A model generated the notes under the pieces. The model saw nothing but the letters and a program-made list of their open reading frames with translations. It was not told the DNA's origin and ran no database searches. This document shows positions 1 to 13,116 of a stretch of DNA of 64,000 bases, one piece after another; positions within the stretch are counted from its first letter, which is position 1, and each line of letters opens with the position of its first letter. A program made the position numbers and the translations under genes. Source of the DNA: Octopus sinensis (Eukaryota); assembly GCF_006345805.1 (NCBI RefSeq), contig NC_043004.1:12648001-12712000 (forward strand), in the 5' to 3' direction.

Positions 1-173
1 GTTGGTGTTGTTGCTATCGTTTTGGGAGGGTGTTACTTTTATTGTTGTTGTTGTCTTTGTTTTTTATGTAATTATTGTTTTAATCTTAGTCTTGCATGTT
101 CTAATGTTTTTTGTGTGTGTTTTTCCTGATATTTCAAGGATTGTTTTCATTGTTGTTATTATTATTACTACCA

Positions 174-800
174 AGGCAGCGATCTAGCAGGAATCGTTAA
201 TACGTTGGGCAAAAAATGCTTAGCGGCATTTCGTCCGACTCTACGTTTCGCCGCTGAGATCGACTTCGCCTTTTATCCTTTCGGGGTCGATAAATTAAGT
301 ACAAGTTAAACACAAGTGTTGATTTATTAGACTTTCACACTAACCCAAAATTGCTGGTCTTGTGCTAAAATTAGAAATTATTACTACGTAGACGGTGAGC
401 TGACTGAATCGTTAGGACTCCAGGCAAAATCCTGAGCTCAAATTCCGCCGAGACCGACTTTGCATTTATTCCTTCGGGGTCGATAAACTAAGTACCATTT
501 GAACACTGAAGTCGATGTAATCGATTTAACCCCTCCACCGAAATTACTGGCCTTGTACAACATTATGAAACTATTATTACTAAGGCAATGAGCTGGCTGG
601 ATCGTTAACACTCCGGGCAAAATGCTTAGCGGCATTTCGTTTGTATTTACGTTCCGAGATCAAATCTCGCCAGAAGCGACTCTGCATTTAATTCTTTCGA
701 GGTCGATAAAACAAGTACCAGTTGAGCACTGGGATCGATGTAATCGGCTAATCAACGCCCACAAAATTGTTGGCCTTGTGGCAAAATTTGAAATCCATAT
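174..800 (+). mobile_element. Three tandem degenerate type A tRNA-derived SINE copies (about 174-376, 393-570, 582-800)
   Basis: Each copy has a GGCGAGCTGGCAGAATCGTTA-like head, a GAG(T/C)TCAAATTCCGCCGAG B-box region, CCTTTCGGGGTCGATAA and a GGCCTTGTG..AAATTTGAAA tail. They resemble octopus tRNA-derived SINEs (OR1/OR2/OK group); the family was not checked. Confidence 0.8.
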
Positions 801-999
801 TAGTTGATAGGCGCGCTGGTGTTTTCCTTACTATCACTGTTTCAACCATTGCAGTTATTGATAAAGCAAACCTTTCCTTTTTTTATCAGAACATGAAAAC
901 AGAACTATAAAACATACTAAAGAAGAAATGGAGGGGGAAATCACTCCATGATCAATAACTTGTAAGGCTTGATAGGGAAGAAAAGAGCCTAAGTAAAAG

Positions 1000-2160
1000 C
1001 TAACAATGGCCCAAAAGCTCTGGTTATTTTAAAATTTCTCTATCTTGGTATGACTGTTAGAAAGCTCTGGTCTTATGCGGCATTGATGAAACTTTCTGTT
1101 TCTAGTTTAAGGCCAGGGATTTGTGTGTCTTGTGATGGTCAGCGTAGACGTCTTTTATTCCTTTCACGCATTTTCCGTGCATTGCCCCTTCCTCCCATTT
1201 TGCCCCTGATTTTTAACTGACATAATTGGTGAGTTTCCCAAGTTCAGAAGGTGGTAATTCAAGAATCTCCAGTTATTCGTTGAACATTTCAGCTTCCTTT
1301 GTTATGGAGTAGTCGTTTTTCCTCTTTCATGATCTTTCACTATTTGCAGGAGAGAGCATTCTGTTCTCTCAAAATATTTGTCCAGCCTATAGTGGTGGGT
1401 TTGTTTATTTTATCTTAGTTGTAGCTGAACAATGCCTCAGCCGCGAAATTTTCTCCAACGAGAGTTCCGGATCCCCGTTAAGAACTCATTTGCATATAGC
1501 CAATCAGTGCTCAACTATCAATCTAATTTATGAGCGCATAACAAGTGATGGGTAATAGGACAAGGTCACTTGGGTAAGGAATGACCATGATTATTTATTC
1601 TTTTAATAATGCTTCTTGATCTTGTTCTTGTTTCAACCATGGCTGCCTCTGCGTATTCATTTGTGTTGTTGCTTACTTTGTAGAACAGTAAGGGGAGAGG
1701 GTTGCTAGCACATCAACCTCTACCCACATTTTCCCCATCCATATTTATACCATATGGGGCCCTAACAAAATCCGATAATAGGTATAGATGCAAATCTATC
1801 TAATTACTTGTCTCCTTCTAAAATCAGGCATAATTTGGTGATCGGTTGACTTACAAAACCGTTCTTCATCTTGAGTTTACTTGCTAGAGTATGTTTGTTA
1901 AAATGACAAGGTCAAGATGAGCTCTGATTGGCGGTATACAAATGAGTTCATTACTGGGGTCTGGAACTCTCGTGAGAAAGAAAAATAAATTCTTGCCCCG
2001 GCCACCATATTTTGCCGGAAGTTACAGTCTACCTATATCTGCTTTTAGATGGTACGTTTTCTCCATTGTTAGCATTTTCCGTGTTTTGGCGTCGTGTTTA
2101 ATCAGATTGTTTATTGTCCAGTGAATAAAATTACAACTGGTACGACCAGTGTGCTGATGG
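1000..2160 (-). mobile_element. Decayed RLE-type non-LTR retrotransposon (R4/Dong-like) post-RT region, split by a MITE
   Basis: The minus strand reads KHDAKTRKMLTMEKTYHLKADIGRL*LPAKYGGRG, then the MITE, then GIVQL..TTIG..DKY..LLQIVKDHE..KWEEGAMHG..ETESFINAA*DQS. This matches the R4/Dong motifs HPKADVDRLYLPR..GGRGL and ETEGFIIAAQDQ. Stops and frameshifts are present. Confidence 0.75.
1443..1996. mobile_element. MITE with about 80-bp TIRs (MULE-like), copy 1
   Basis: Left end GCGAAATTTTCTCCAACGAGAGTTCC..CTCATTTGCATATAGCCAATCAGTGCTC is inverse to the right end GAGCTCTGATTGG..ACAAATGAGTTC..GGAACTCTCGTGAGAAAG. It interrupts the GGRG/IVQL codons of the LINE. Degenerate 7-8 bp flanking duplication (CTCAGCC / CCCGGCC). 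Confidence 0.75.
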
Positions 2161-2344
2161 CTTCGAATTTGTTAGCGGCATTTATATGAAGAGTAAAAAA
2201 CGGGAGTGGTGGTGGGTGAGTAGTAGGAAGAGGGTGAAGAAAAGACAACTAAGAAGAAGAAAATTAAAATTGAAGATAAACAAATGAAAAGAAAATAAGA
2301 AAGTATACTAAGGAACGACTATGACAGACGAGGTGAACTTTGAA

Positions 2345-2426
2345 AGAAGAAGAAGAAGAAGAAGAAGAAGAAGAAGAAGAAGAAGAAGAAGAAGAAGAAG
2401 AAGAAGAAGAAGAAGAAGAAGAAGAA
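2345..2426. repeat. (GAA)n microsatellite
   Basis: Near-perfect GAA run. Confidence 0.95.
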
Positions 2427-2689
2427 AACAATAGCAATTGCCCGCAGAATCGCCAACATCAAAAGAAATTGTGTCATTCGTATTCTTATCATGAAACAAC
2501 CATTTTGACAGTAACCACAGCAACCGACTTTCTCTGAAGAATTAACTATTGTAAGTAGCTAAAGTAAAATGATTTCCTGAAAAACTCTAGAAGCCAAAGC
2601 ACAACAATAAACCATTATTGTTCAATGTATTCATCACAGCATTTGAATGTCTTGCAATCCAAGTAAACTAACGTCAATCTAAATATATT

Positions 2690-2915
2690 TGTTTTTGTTT
2701 CGTAGCCTCAGGTTTGCTCTGATCTAGCAGAGCAATGATCAAAATATTTCCGCCGAGTCATTCACATTTTATTTTCAGACTATGTGTCCAAGACTACATT
2801 GTGTCATATGACTTTCTTTTCTTGAAGCGCTAACGAGTGTTTCGAGATGAATTTAGTGGCTATTTCTAGAAAAATTTGGACGATCACTTCAATGCTCCCC
2901 TGTTAGCTGGTAAAC
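2690..2915 (+). mobile_element. Old degenerate interspersed repeat (related copies about 3415-3630 +, 9330-9520 -, 54515-54620 +)
   Basis: The copies share GTTGTT..AGCCCCAGGTCAACCCTGATCGAGCAG..ATGATC and GGCTATTTCTAG-like motifs, but are heavily diverged. Confidence 0.4.
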
Positions 2916-2954
2916 ATCATCAAACAATGGATATGATAGAGACCCGCACATGTG

Positions 2955-3280
2955 ACACTGTGAAATGACTGACCATGGGATTGCACCTAGAAAGTTACCC
3001 TCCCAGGCACAAGTCCGGCAAGGTTATTTATGGATGACCAGCAGTCGCCCATGCACACCTACACCCCCTCTCCACGCCACCAGTGTTATCCAAGGGGAAG
3101 GCAAAGGCTTCCCCTTGGCACCAGTCACGTCGCAACTCATTTCTACAGCTGAGTGAGCTGGAGCAAAGTGAAGTAAAGTGTCTTGCTCAAGAACACAACA
3201 CGCAGCCGGGTCCGGGATTCGAACTCACAAGCTCACGATCGTAAGCTCGACGCTCTAACCACTGAGCCATGCGCCTTCAC
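2955..3280 (-). mobile_element. Type C tRNA-derived SINE (Meta-like central domain)
   Basis: Minus strand: GTGAAGGCGCATGGCTCAGTGGTTAGAGCG (A box), GAGTTCGAATCCC (B box), CTTGAGCAAGACACTTTA core, then the TAACTTTCTAGGTGCAATCCCATGG tail. Confidence 0.9.
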
Positions 3281-4482
3281 AAGTACTCTCGAGTACTGTT
3301 GCTGAATATCTCTCGTTGAGCGATTTACAAATAATAAATTTCTTTAGTTTCTCTATACCCATCAACGCTCCATGTAGGACAGAATAGATTTTGATCTTTA
3401 CTTCTGTCATTTAGCTTAAAACCCTATTGTTGGTGTTGGTGAGTCGCGATATAGCTCTGATCGAGCAATCCTTGGAACAAAAGCAGTGCACAATTACTTG
3501 TGTTGTATATCTAGGGCGAGATATTTCAATATGTCCTTTCATTTTAAGACGTAAGGCTGCTATTTAATATAATTTGACTGTTGTTTGTAACAGAGTAAGC
3601 CATCACTTAGAAGCACATTTGTTGGCCCAGCTCCTTCTCTAACTTGCCTCTTTCGTTTCTAAAGCGGTTGAGAGAAAAAAAAATGCATGTTTTCTTGCTT
3701 ACATTTATCCTTCCGCTACCATTAGATGTGCAAAGGAAAGAAATTGCCAACCGGGATAATAAAGTAGATAATGTTCCCCGTTGATCTTACATGATGCTAT
3801 ATAGCATCCAATACAACGATATGCAGAATATATTGATTTTATATGTTACTTAACAAGTTCCCTCTATCATCTCATGCAACGAAACAGCGAATAAAGAGAC
3901 AATCACATTGAATTTCCAATGTTCGGTACAGAGTCAACAAAGAAATATTTTTCGTTCAACTAAAGATAAACTACCATAAAACTAAATTTTCTCAGTTCTA
4001 CGGTATAAACAAATAACAAACGATACGTAGCTTAACGTAGCAAAAGCGTGTTAATTAAATATACTGGAATCTAATGCTTTCACGCTCATCTAATTTCCTG
4101 TTTCACTCAGCATTAACTCGAGCTAAATCAAGCATCAAACCTCGTAATTGGGTGACAACAATCACGTATTGATAGGAAATTGGAACAAACTTTCAAATGA
4201 GAAATGTACCGAGGAAGCAACTACAGAAACGTCAGTTATAATTTGTAAATACAAAATTCTCTAGAGATCACCATTTAAGACAAAGAACAAATTTGGTGTG
4301 CGCGTCCCTAACTGATGACAATACCTAAAAATGTTTAATGAATTTTTAGTTGTTGTTTTTTTATACTCAGCGAACTGTCGGTTTATCACATGAGCTATAA
4401 CTTCAGGAAAAATCTTGGAAGGAATTTAGATAATCATTTTAAACAAGGAGAAACAGATTAAACCTAACTTTGACTCTATAAC

Positions 4483-4630
4483 GGTTTCAAATTTTGGTTC
4501 AAGGCTAGCAATTTTAAGGGACCCCAATTGGTACTTTATTTAATCGCCACTGAAAGATAAAGTCGACCTCAGGGTAATCTGAACTCAGAGTGTAAAGAGC
4601 GAGAACAAAAACTACTAAGCATTATGTTCT
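4483..4630 (-). mobile_element. Degenerate type A SINE fragment
   Basis: GGTTTCAAATTTTGG..AAGGCTAGC, AAAGTCGACCTC and GAACTCAGA motifs. Confidence 0.6.
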
Positions 4631-5408
4631 CCTCAAAAAGGATTCAATCAGATGTCTACTTTTCGATTGACTCCCTAATCAAATTGCTTAACGGTTAATT
4701 TACCGGATGGTGGAGGTTGGAAATATCTATATAACTGGAGCAATGAAACAAAGATCAAGAGAGAAATGTTTATGATAATAAAATCTAGCACCAGATTGAC
4801 ACGATTTGTGTGAATTCAGAGACAAAAATAATCCCAGAAGAATAAATAGTGTAAACATGAAAAGAACGAAGTAGCGTACCAACTTGTGCACAAAACTTCA
4901 GAGTTTCTAAACTTACATATCTACAGAAATCCTCTCAGATATACGGTATGTTTTAACAAGAATATTTCCCTTAAATACTTACGTATATGAAAACACTCAA
5001 AAATAGCAACAATTTTTCAGAAGAAATGTACCACTTAGTAACAAGTACGATGTGAATGACAATCATAGAAACAATAACATAAACGTAATGTTTTGGTAAA
5101 TACACTAAGAATAATTAATGAAAAATACTTGGACTTCAAATGATGTGTATACGTAGAGGGCGTGTCGCGAACGAAACATTACTGAATGACACAGGGTTTA
5201 AATATAATCACATGTCATTCTTTCGTCGGCATCGTCTCCTATGATGGTTGGATCAACAATACAAGAGCCTAACACAGTAAAAACAATAATCAACTATAAT
5301 CATATCTCTTCACGTTTCCTTATTCATCTCTTTCACTGTTCTTCGTTTATTTGTCTTTGTTTATCTTGTGTCTCATACATTAAAACAATATGTCGAATTT
5401 ATGAAAAC

Positions 5409-5409
<1 letters not shown>

Positions 5410-5466
<57 letters not shown>

Positions 5467-5543
5467 CTGTGTAAATATATATATGTATCTTTATATGTAT
5501 GTATATAGGTATGTACATGTATGTATATATATATATATTATAT

Positions 5544-5591
<48 letters not shown>

Positions 5592-5828
5592 TATGCATAT
5601 ATATATACATATACATATATATATATATACACACAAATACATATACATATATATGTGTACATATACATATATATATAGCTATAGATATAGATATATGTAT
5701 ACGTATCTATCTATATATATATATATTCATATATATGTACACACACATAGATGCATATATAAACATATATATATACATACACACATATGCACTCATATTC
5801 AGGCATATATGTATAGACACACACACAC

Positions 5829-5872
<44 letters not shown>
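5410..5872. repeat. Compound (TA)n/(CA)n/(TG)n microsatellite; similar arrays at about 10370-10570, 11768-12050, 12935-13250, 14580-14850, 18885-19085, 19390-19490, 20660-20805, 21650-21960 and 23310-23500
   Basis: Directly visible; these arrays produce the YIYI/HTHT/CVCV pseudo-ORFs. Confidence 0.95.
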
Positions 5873-5879
<7 letters not shown>

Positions 5880-6405
5880 CATTGTTTCTTTCTAGCTAAT
5901 TCTTCCCTAATCACTTGCGTTATTATGTCGCCGGTCATTCAGTAAATGTAGACAGAACGATAGAATGTACTTGCGGTTACTATTATCAAAAGATGTGACT
6001 TTTCTTCGTTTACGCCCTCTCAGAAAATAAAACATCGTCACAAATAAAACCTGTCAAAGGCACGATTCTTTCTTTTCTCATAAACACATAATTTCACTGA
6101 CATTTATATCAGTTCACCACCTCCTTTTCTAATTAATTCATTATTATTACTTGAAACATATTAGTACAGATGGTTTTGAAATGCATTGATACGTAAGGTT
6201 TCCGATAAACGATGTTTTACAAGGTTATTTCTGTGTTAATCCTTGTACCAGGCTATCACCTATGACAACAAACTTAGCAGAATTATCCAATAAGCATACT
6301 TTCTGGTTTTGCTTAATTTCGGTTTCCTGCTTGCCGAGTGAGTTCAAACCCAGCCAACGTTAACTTCACCAATCATCATTTAGGGATCGATAAATAAAGT
6401 AATTA

Positions 6406-6889
6406 CCGTAAATCCTCGAGTATAATCCGAACTTTTTTCCCCAAAATTTAAAGGTCAAAATCCCTAGTACGTATTATACACGAGGTTAAAAATGAAAATT
6501 ATTTTCTAAGCATGTCCGGAAATGTTTATTCAAACGCATTTTGTAATGTCGGGCGCGAAAATAGCTTAAGCTAACAATGAAGTCATAAAAGAATCATTCA
6601 TAACTTGCAGTAAGCAACATTTATTAAACGTTATTACTGTTATTTCTTTATTTTCTGAAAACAAAATGCACAAAAATGCTACACGTTTGCATTATGTTAT
6701 ATATACAATAAGGATAAAGTACGTTACCGTATACAGTTTTACAAACCAAGGACGTTATATAGACCTCATTGACTCAAGTTAGAGAAGGGGTGCGTATTAT
6801 ACACAAGGTTTAGGTTTTTCAGAGTTACAGCCCCATGAAAATCCCCTGCGTATTATACTTAAGGGCGGACTATACTCGAGGATTTACGG
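6406..6889. mobile_element. Tc1/mariner/pogo-type MITE (484 bp), TA TSD
   Basis: TA|CCGTAAATCCTCGAGTATAATCCG ... CGGACTATACTCGAGGATTTACGG|TA, with subterminal CGTATTATAC repeats. It lies directly after a type A SINE fragment (about 6300-6403). Confidence 0.9.
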
Positions 6890-6919
6890 TACCTCTTTAG
6901 TATTAGAATCGATTCTTCT

Positions 6920-7270
6920 TTCCGTGAATCTCTTAGGTTTCTACTAGATTTGCTGGCTTTACTTCATCATCGAAACGTATATTCACTGTGCTCTTTTCAT
7001 CAAGTATTTCCATGTCCATTGCTTCGATGCTCTTTATGGTCTAATGCCCTCTTCAGTTCATTTAAACGCCTCATCCGATTCTCTTCCAAGGCGCATAGTT
7101 TCTCTGTTGTGCGCCCAGTTAGTCATAAATACATTTATTCTAATAGCTTCTTTCTTTGAACTGCTTCTCTCTGAGACTCATTACCATCATCTTGTTTTCT
7201 TCTGGTCTTTTAAAGCTTTCTCTCAATCGACATCTTTTGAATTTTGTGCGTTGAGTAGAACAGAACATAT
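6920..7270 (-). mobile_element. Possible highly decayed RT fragment (RTE-like)
   Basis: The minus strand has NIRFDDEV, resembling the RT motif NLRFADDIV; little else is conserved. Confidence 0.25.
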
Positions 7271-7277
7271 TTCCTAC

Positions 7278-7487
7278 TTTAAGCACAAGACCGAAATTTT
7301 GAGAGATAGATAGATAATCGATTACATCGATCTCCGTGCTCAATTGGTACTTATTTTACGGAACTCAGAAGGATGAAAGAAAACAGTCGACCTCGGCAGA
7401 ATTTGAACTCAGAACGTGAATCCAGAAAAATTGCCGCTAAACATTTTTGTCCGGCGTGCTACTAATTCTGGCAGCTTTCCCTTTAAT
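7278..7487 (-). mobile_element. Type A SINE
   Basis: GTCGACCTCGGCAGAATTTGAACTCAGAACGT and CGGCGTGCTA motifs. Confidence 0.8.
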
Positions 7488-7499
7488 ATATTTTCTACT

Positions 7500-7651
7500 T
7501 GGCCGTGTGGTAAGTAGCTTGCTTACCAGCCACATGGTTCCGGGTTCAGGCCCACTGCGTAGCACCTTGTGCTAGTATTTGGTACTATAGCCTCGGGCCC
7601 ATCAAAACCTTGTGAGTGGATTTGGTAGACGGAAACTGAAAGAAGCCCGTC

Positions 7652-7711
<60 letters not shown>

Positions 7712-7730
7712 GTATATATATATGTATGTG

Positions 7731-7767
<37 letters not shown>

Positions 7768-7888
7768 TAGTGTTTTTGCGTCCCCGTAACTTAGCGATTC
7801 GGCAAAAGAGCCCGATAAAATAAGTACTAGGCCTAAAGGTGGTGCTGCAGTCGAATAACTGAAACAAATAAAAGAGTAAAAGAGTAAG
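7500..7888 (+). mobile_element. Type B tRNA-derived SINE with an internal (TA)n/(TG)n microsatellite
   Basis: GGCCGTGTGGTAAGTAGCTTGCTTACC..CCGGGTTCAGGCCCACTGCG..GATTTGGTAGACGGAAACTGAAAGAAGCCCGTCG, ending in an AAAAGAGTAAAAGAG tail. Confidence 0.9.
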
Positions 7889-7889
7889 C

Positions 7890-8340
7890 GCAAAAATGAA
7901 ATTTTGGGCGAGGGGGCATGTCGATTACATCGACCCTAGTGCTCTACTGGTACTTATTTTATCGACCCCGAAAGAATGAAAGGCAAAGTCGACCCCAGCT
8001 GTATTTGAACTTAGAACGTAACGAACCGGAAGAAATACCACGAAGTATTATGTGCTTTGCTCTAAGGATTACGTCAGCTCTCACATTGATATCAAGTTTT
8101 TGAAATAGAAATGGTTTCAAATTTTGACACAAGGCCAGCAGTTTTGGGGAAGGTGGTAAGTCGATTACATCGACCCTAGTACCCTACTGGTATTTATTTT
8201 ATCGACCTCGAAAGGATGAAAGTCAAAGCCGACCCCGGCGGAATTTGAACTCAGAAGGCAAAGACGGACGTGATGGTGAACAGCATTTTTCGCTCGGTGT
8301 TCTAACGATTCTGCCAGTTCGCCGTTCAAGCAGTTGAAAT
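7890..8340 (-). mobile_element. Two tandem type A SINEs
   Basis: GTCGATTACATCGACCCTAGT..TTTTATCGACC.CGAAAG.ATGAAAG occurs twice. Confidence 0.8.
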
Positions 8341-9559
8341 AATATTGTTCCTAGTTTTGTTGCTGCTGCCGCTGTAGCCGTTGTGGTTAATGTTCTTGTT
8401 TACTCCCAGATGAAACCGTTCCCCACATTCTTCAGGGGTAATGTGTCCACTCCGTCAAGCGGCCGCATAAAATTCTCCATTGGTTTCAAAACTGTTTCTT
8501 TCTTTTTAATCGTTCCGTGCTGTACTAGACATCAGTCTGTCTACTTTGGCCAAGATCTCGTGAATGCTTGAACGTCTTTTGTAGCATGCATTAAAACAAG
8601 TTGCTAGCCACTGGCACAAACCTTTTGTACTTCTTGGTGGGAAGGGACTCTGTTTGTGGTACTCAATAAGCTTCCGACAGGAAAAGGAAAAGTAAAAAAA
8701 ATTGTATTTTACGTACCGACATCGGAAGGATATACATGAGATAACAGTTTCTGATGGATTCGAACATCCGAACAAAGCTAGCCGGTGAAATTACTGCAAA
8801 GAGTTTATTGAACGCACCAACGAATCTTCTTGTCATCGATCGCCTTAACTATCGATTACAATATTATATTAGGCAGAGATTTCGACTCATTTCACAGAAT
8901 AAGGAGAAACATTATCATGTTGGTACATTGCCAGACTGAATGGTGTAAGCTTATATTAAAAAGGAAAGAAAACGATTGCGTAATTTTTTTCTTTTCTTGT
9001 TATTTTTTTTTTTACTTTTTGCTTTATAATTTCAAATCTTGTATTGATACTAACATTCATTGCAGCAAAATGAGAGATCAAACACATTGACAAGTGAAAC
9101 ATCCACCGCACACAATTCTGCTGCCAACTTCAAACAGCTTGACTTACATTTTGTCAGTTGAAGTCAATCTTCACAGTAGTTTTTAGTTTATGGTTTCGGA
9201 CAGACATCTAAGAGAACTGTCGGGGAATCGAATAAGATCAAAGATCTAGATTCGCACGAAAAGATAACATTTGAGAGTAAATTTAGGTCCTTTGCTTTCG
9301 ACCATGGAGGGGAGACCCACTATTTGATCGAACTACTTGCTAGAAATAGCAATAAAATCTACCTTAAAGCAAACCATCTTTAAAATGTAAGGCAGGTTAC
9401 ACTGGACAGTGTTGTCTAATAAAGTCTTCAAAAACAGGGTAGTCAAGATTAGAATGCTTTTGATCTTATATATGTTCGAGTAGAGCTGACCAGGAGTTAA
9501 GCAACAACAACAACAAACATTAGAATAAATTGATGTATTAGATAAATTTAATGATATTT

Positions 9560-10025
9560 TCCCGTTTTCTTTCTAATTTAGGTGCCTATAAGTTATCAGA
9601 AATCCTATTACCAATTCTGAATTTTTCATACGAGGACTGTGTTATGATGTTTGGAGAATCAATTCTAAAACATCGTGTTTATGAAATTTTTCAAAATAGA
9701 AGTTATAGTCCGTTTCTTTTCTGTCATCAAGTGAGAGCTTTATCTACTTCGTTTTAACATTTGAGCATTTTTGTAGTTTGGCTTGGTGCAGGCACAAGTT
9801 CTTCCTTTTGGGAGAAATACCATGTATGGTGATTAATTAAATAACGAATTTCTTGACTTATATATTTTTTCTGATGGTGTTGACCTCAATTATATTTGAA
9901 AGGTGAAGAATGTTTTTAATTTCCTTGGTAGCTTTAATACAACAGACATCTGTCCGGTTATCAGCGATTCTCAGTGAAAATGATGGTGCATGTTTGTTGA
10001 GAAGTGTTTTGTGATTCAATTTCTT
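9560..10025 (-). mobile_element. Possible decayed Penelope-like RT/EN linker fragment
   Basis: Minus-strand KIYKSRNSLFN and PKGRTCACTKP loosely resemble the PLE linker and the first Cys pair; weak. Confidence 0.25.
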
Positions 10026-10445
10026 CATTGTATAGATACATCAGTCGTGAAGCTACTGGGGTGAGCTTTGGGGTCTATTGTATAAGCCTGTATAGACTTA
10101 GAAGCAGGGAGAAGAGCGGTAAACTTGAGGGTTGCTCCAGATGACACACACTCAACTAAGTCAATACATATGTACACGAAGGAGTATAAAACACACACAG
10201 ACACACATACTGACACGTACACACTCATGATATGATATACTGAATCGTTAATTATTTGGATGCTGATCTTTATATTTATACCAATGAAACGGCTGTAGAG
10301 CTTATAATGAAACTACGAAACATCTGTGAAACCTTAGATTCTTCAGTATTCTCCCACTCACAGTCTGTCTCTCTCTCTTTCTCTCAATCTCTCGCTCTCT
10401 TTCTCTCTAGACACACACACACACACACACACACAGCACACACAC

Positions 10446-10498
<53 letters not shown>

Positions 10499-10569
10499 GT
10501 ACAAAGTGGAAATATATATATCATATCATATCATGTCATATCATATTATATTATATTATATTATATTAT

Positions 10570-11300
10570 ACTAGCCTAAGTACCCGGTGTTGCTCGAAAA
10601 TGTTAAGAATGTTAAAGGAAATATATATATTTATTCTGATAAAAAATATGTTTTCAGAAAAATGCTATCATTTACAGAGAAATGCTATGTGAGTGTAAAC
10701 AAAGTTATTAAAACGAACCCTGAAATCAATCACAATTTAATTTTGTAGAAATTCTACATACATAATATTTTCAGTGTGTCCTTTATTTGGTGTACAAAGG
10801 GAAAGAGTTTTGGGGCTTCGGACTTCCGAACAACCTACATATAATTGATCTTGAGAGAAGCAAGGAGAAGCAACGTTAAGTCCAACAACGTTGAGATATT
10901 GTGCTTGAGATTTATTTATAAGCATTAGAAGAACTTAGTTTTACTGGGAACTGGAGCCGTCTCAATTCATAGGGGAGGTCAGGTGGGATTAATGTGATCT
11001 GTGGAATGAAGACATCTTCACCCTTATATTTCCCAAGAGAAATGAATTTTGGCGGTAAGGACTAAACCTCATGTTTCATTATCACAATTAAAAAGCGTTT
11101 ATCGTAATCGTTTTGATGCGAGTCTACGCTATACTGTTTTTCTCTCCCATCGTTTTCTCTCCCACCCTTTCTCTAATTCCCATTTTTCTCTCCTTCACCG
11201 TTTTCTATCTGTCTCTCTCTCCCCTCTTTCTCCTTACAGATGTAAGCATTGGCAAAAACATACATTTAGTGCATATAAGTAGTCTCTATCATTATATATA
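10570..11300 (+). mobile_element. Helentron/HINE-like non-autonomous element
   Basis: The 5' end ACTAGCCTAAGTACCCGGTGTTGCTCG matches the 5' end of the elements at 22187 and 30127. The 3' boundary is uncertain. Confidence 0.5.
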
Positions 11301-11806
11301 ATTTAAACTTTAATTTCCTTTATATTTAACATTCACTATTAATATCCCTACTCTTTCTGTTAGCTACTTATGACGTTATATCATATAACGTTTTTTTAAA
11401 CAATATAATAGCGTTCTGTCTATCGCTATACAAATCCATCATTTTTGCTAAAATGTCGTATTGACGAGTTTCGTTTTTTTCACTTTCCCGAAGAGAAGAT
11501 TGCATTGTTTATACCATTTATTCTTTTGAATAGTATCAGTGGAATTTTCGAAACATGTGTCGAAAGTAAAAATATTTGTTTACACCTGCGTTAACTCCAT
11601 TTTTTATTCATATTATTCAAATATTCAACGTAAATACAAAGTTTCTACCTTTATAAACAAGGAGTTACAACACCTTTACTTGTGAGATTTTGCTGCCCTG
11701 GTAACTATTTATTTATGTTTCCGTGTTAATTGTTAACAAGGTAAAAATACACTCATCTATTTATAACACCCACACACACACACACACCACACACACACAC
11801 ACACAC

Positions 11807-11849
<43 letters not shown>

Positions 11850-11852
11850 TAC

Positions 11853-11887
<35 letters not shown>

Positions 11888-11908
11888 CATATACATAATT
11901 ATATATAT

Positions 11909-11942
<34 letters not shown>

Positions 11943-12479
11943 CATATACATACATATATATATATATATTATATATATATATATATATATAATATTATAT
12001 ATATATATATATAATATATATATACATACACATATATACATACAAACATATAATTTTATCAGGAAGTACATTTTAGTACTGGTTTCCGTCTTTTAGAGTT
12101 TTTCAACCAAGAGTAAAATAAGAAAAACTATTAAATTGGAGAGAAAAAATTGAGTGAAAGTTTTTGTAGATATTTCTATACTCTCTAAATAGCTAAATAT
12201 TTTCATAGTCTTCAGATAGTCTGCTTCTTTCTCTCTATTCTTTTGTGAATGTTTCGAAAGTGGGGTAGTAATAAGTCTGAAGGAATATTTTGCTTAAAGC
12301 GGGAGTAGCCGATGGAGGAGAAGAAGGACAAGAGGAGGAGAAGGAGGATGGGAAGGAGGAGGAGGAGGGGGAGGAGGAGGGGAGGGGAGGAGGAGAAGAA
12401 GGAGGAAGAGAAGTAGGAGTAGGGAAAGAAGAAAGAGAAGGGAGAAAATAAAATAAAATACCAGAGTGTTGCGACATAG

Positions 12480-12950
12480 TGAATTGGTTGTAGAATCTTC
12501 TTTAATGGTTTAAATGACCTGAAAGTGACCTATTGTATCGTAGTATTGTGGTTGGAGTTGTTCTAAATTGTTGTAGTAGTTTCATCTCTGGTGGCGGCCG
12601 CGGCATTCATAATAGGTTTATATTTTGCGATGAAATATGCTTCTTTGCTAATGCCCTGATTATAGGTTGCATCGTCCCTGAATTTATAAAGGGGAAAAAT
12701 TCTAAAGTTGGATGGTTTGTTAGTGGCTCAAATATCGATGTATTATCGTATTTTAATTTGGGATCTATGTACCATCATCCTCCGGCGTAGACTGTTTTTG
12801 CTTGACCTGTATATTGTTCTCGACATCCTGGGCAAGTTAATACATATATTAGCTTTTTCCGAAGCACGTGTGAAGTTGTTTTTCAATGTAAAACGTTGAC
12901 CCTGTTTGAAGAATCCGATACTTTAATTAGGTTGACACATATACCAGTTA
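12480..12950 (-). mobile_element. Penelope-like element GIY-YIG endonuclease fragment (frameshifted)
   Basis: Joining minus-strand frames gives FTLKNNFTRASEKLIYVLTCPGCREQYTGQ..LRRRMMVHRSQI..FRIFPLYKFRDDAT..KEAYFIAKYKPIMN, homologous to the ORF at 19913-20452. Confidence 0.8.
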
Positions 12951-13012
12951 TATATATATATACCGCCAACTCTTACACCTCGGGTTACTCTGTTGCTTCT
13001 GCTAAATGCATG

Positions 13013-13116
<104 letters not shown>

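Noticed and set aside
3200-3280. tRNA-like sequences with A and B boxes
   Set aside because: These are SINE heads that run straight into SINE bodies; there is no complete cloverleaf or acceptor stem.
5241-5938. Long ORFs such as 5411-5899 (162 aa) and the many other YIYI/HTHT/CVCV ORFs
   Set aside because: They are translations of dinucleotide and tetranucleotide microsatellites, which lack stop codons by composition.
8400-9300. Possible Helitron helicase or other TE coding remnant
   Set aside because: Only vague similarity (VCGGCFTCQ, LVIDR); no run of convincing motifs.
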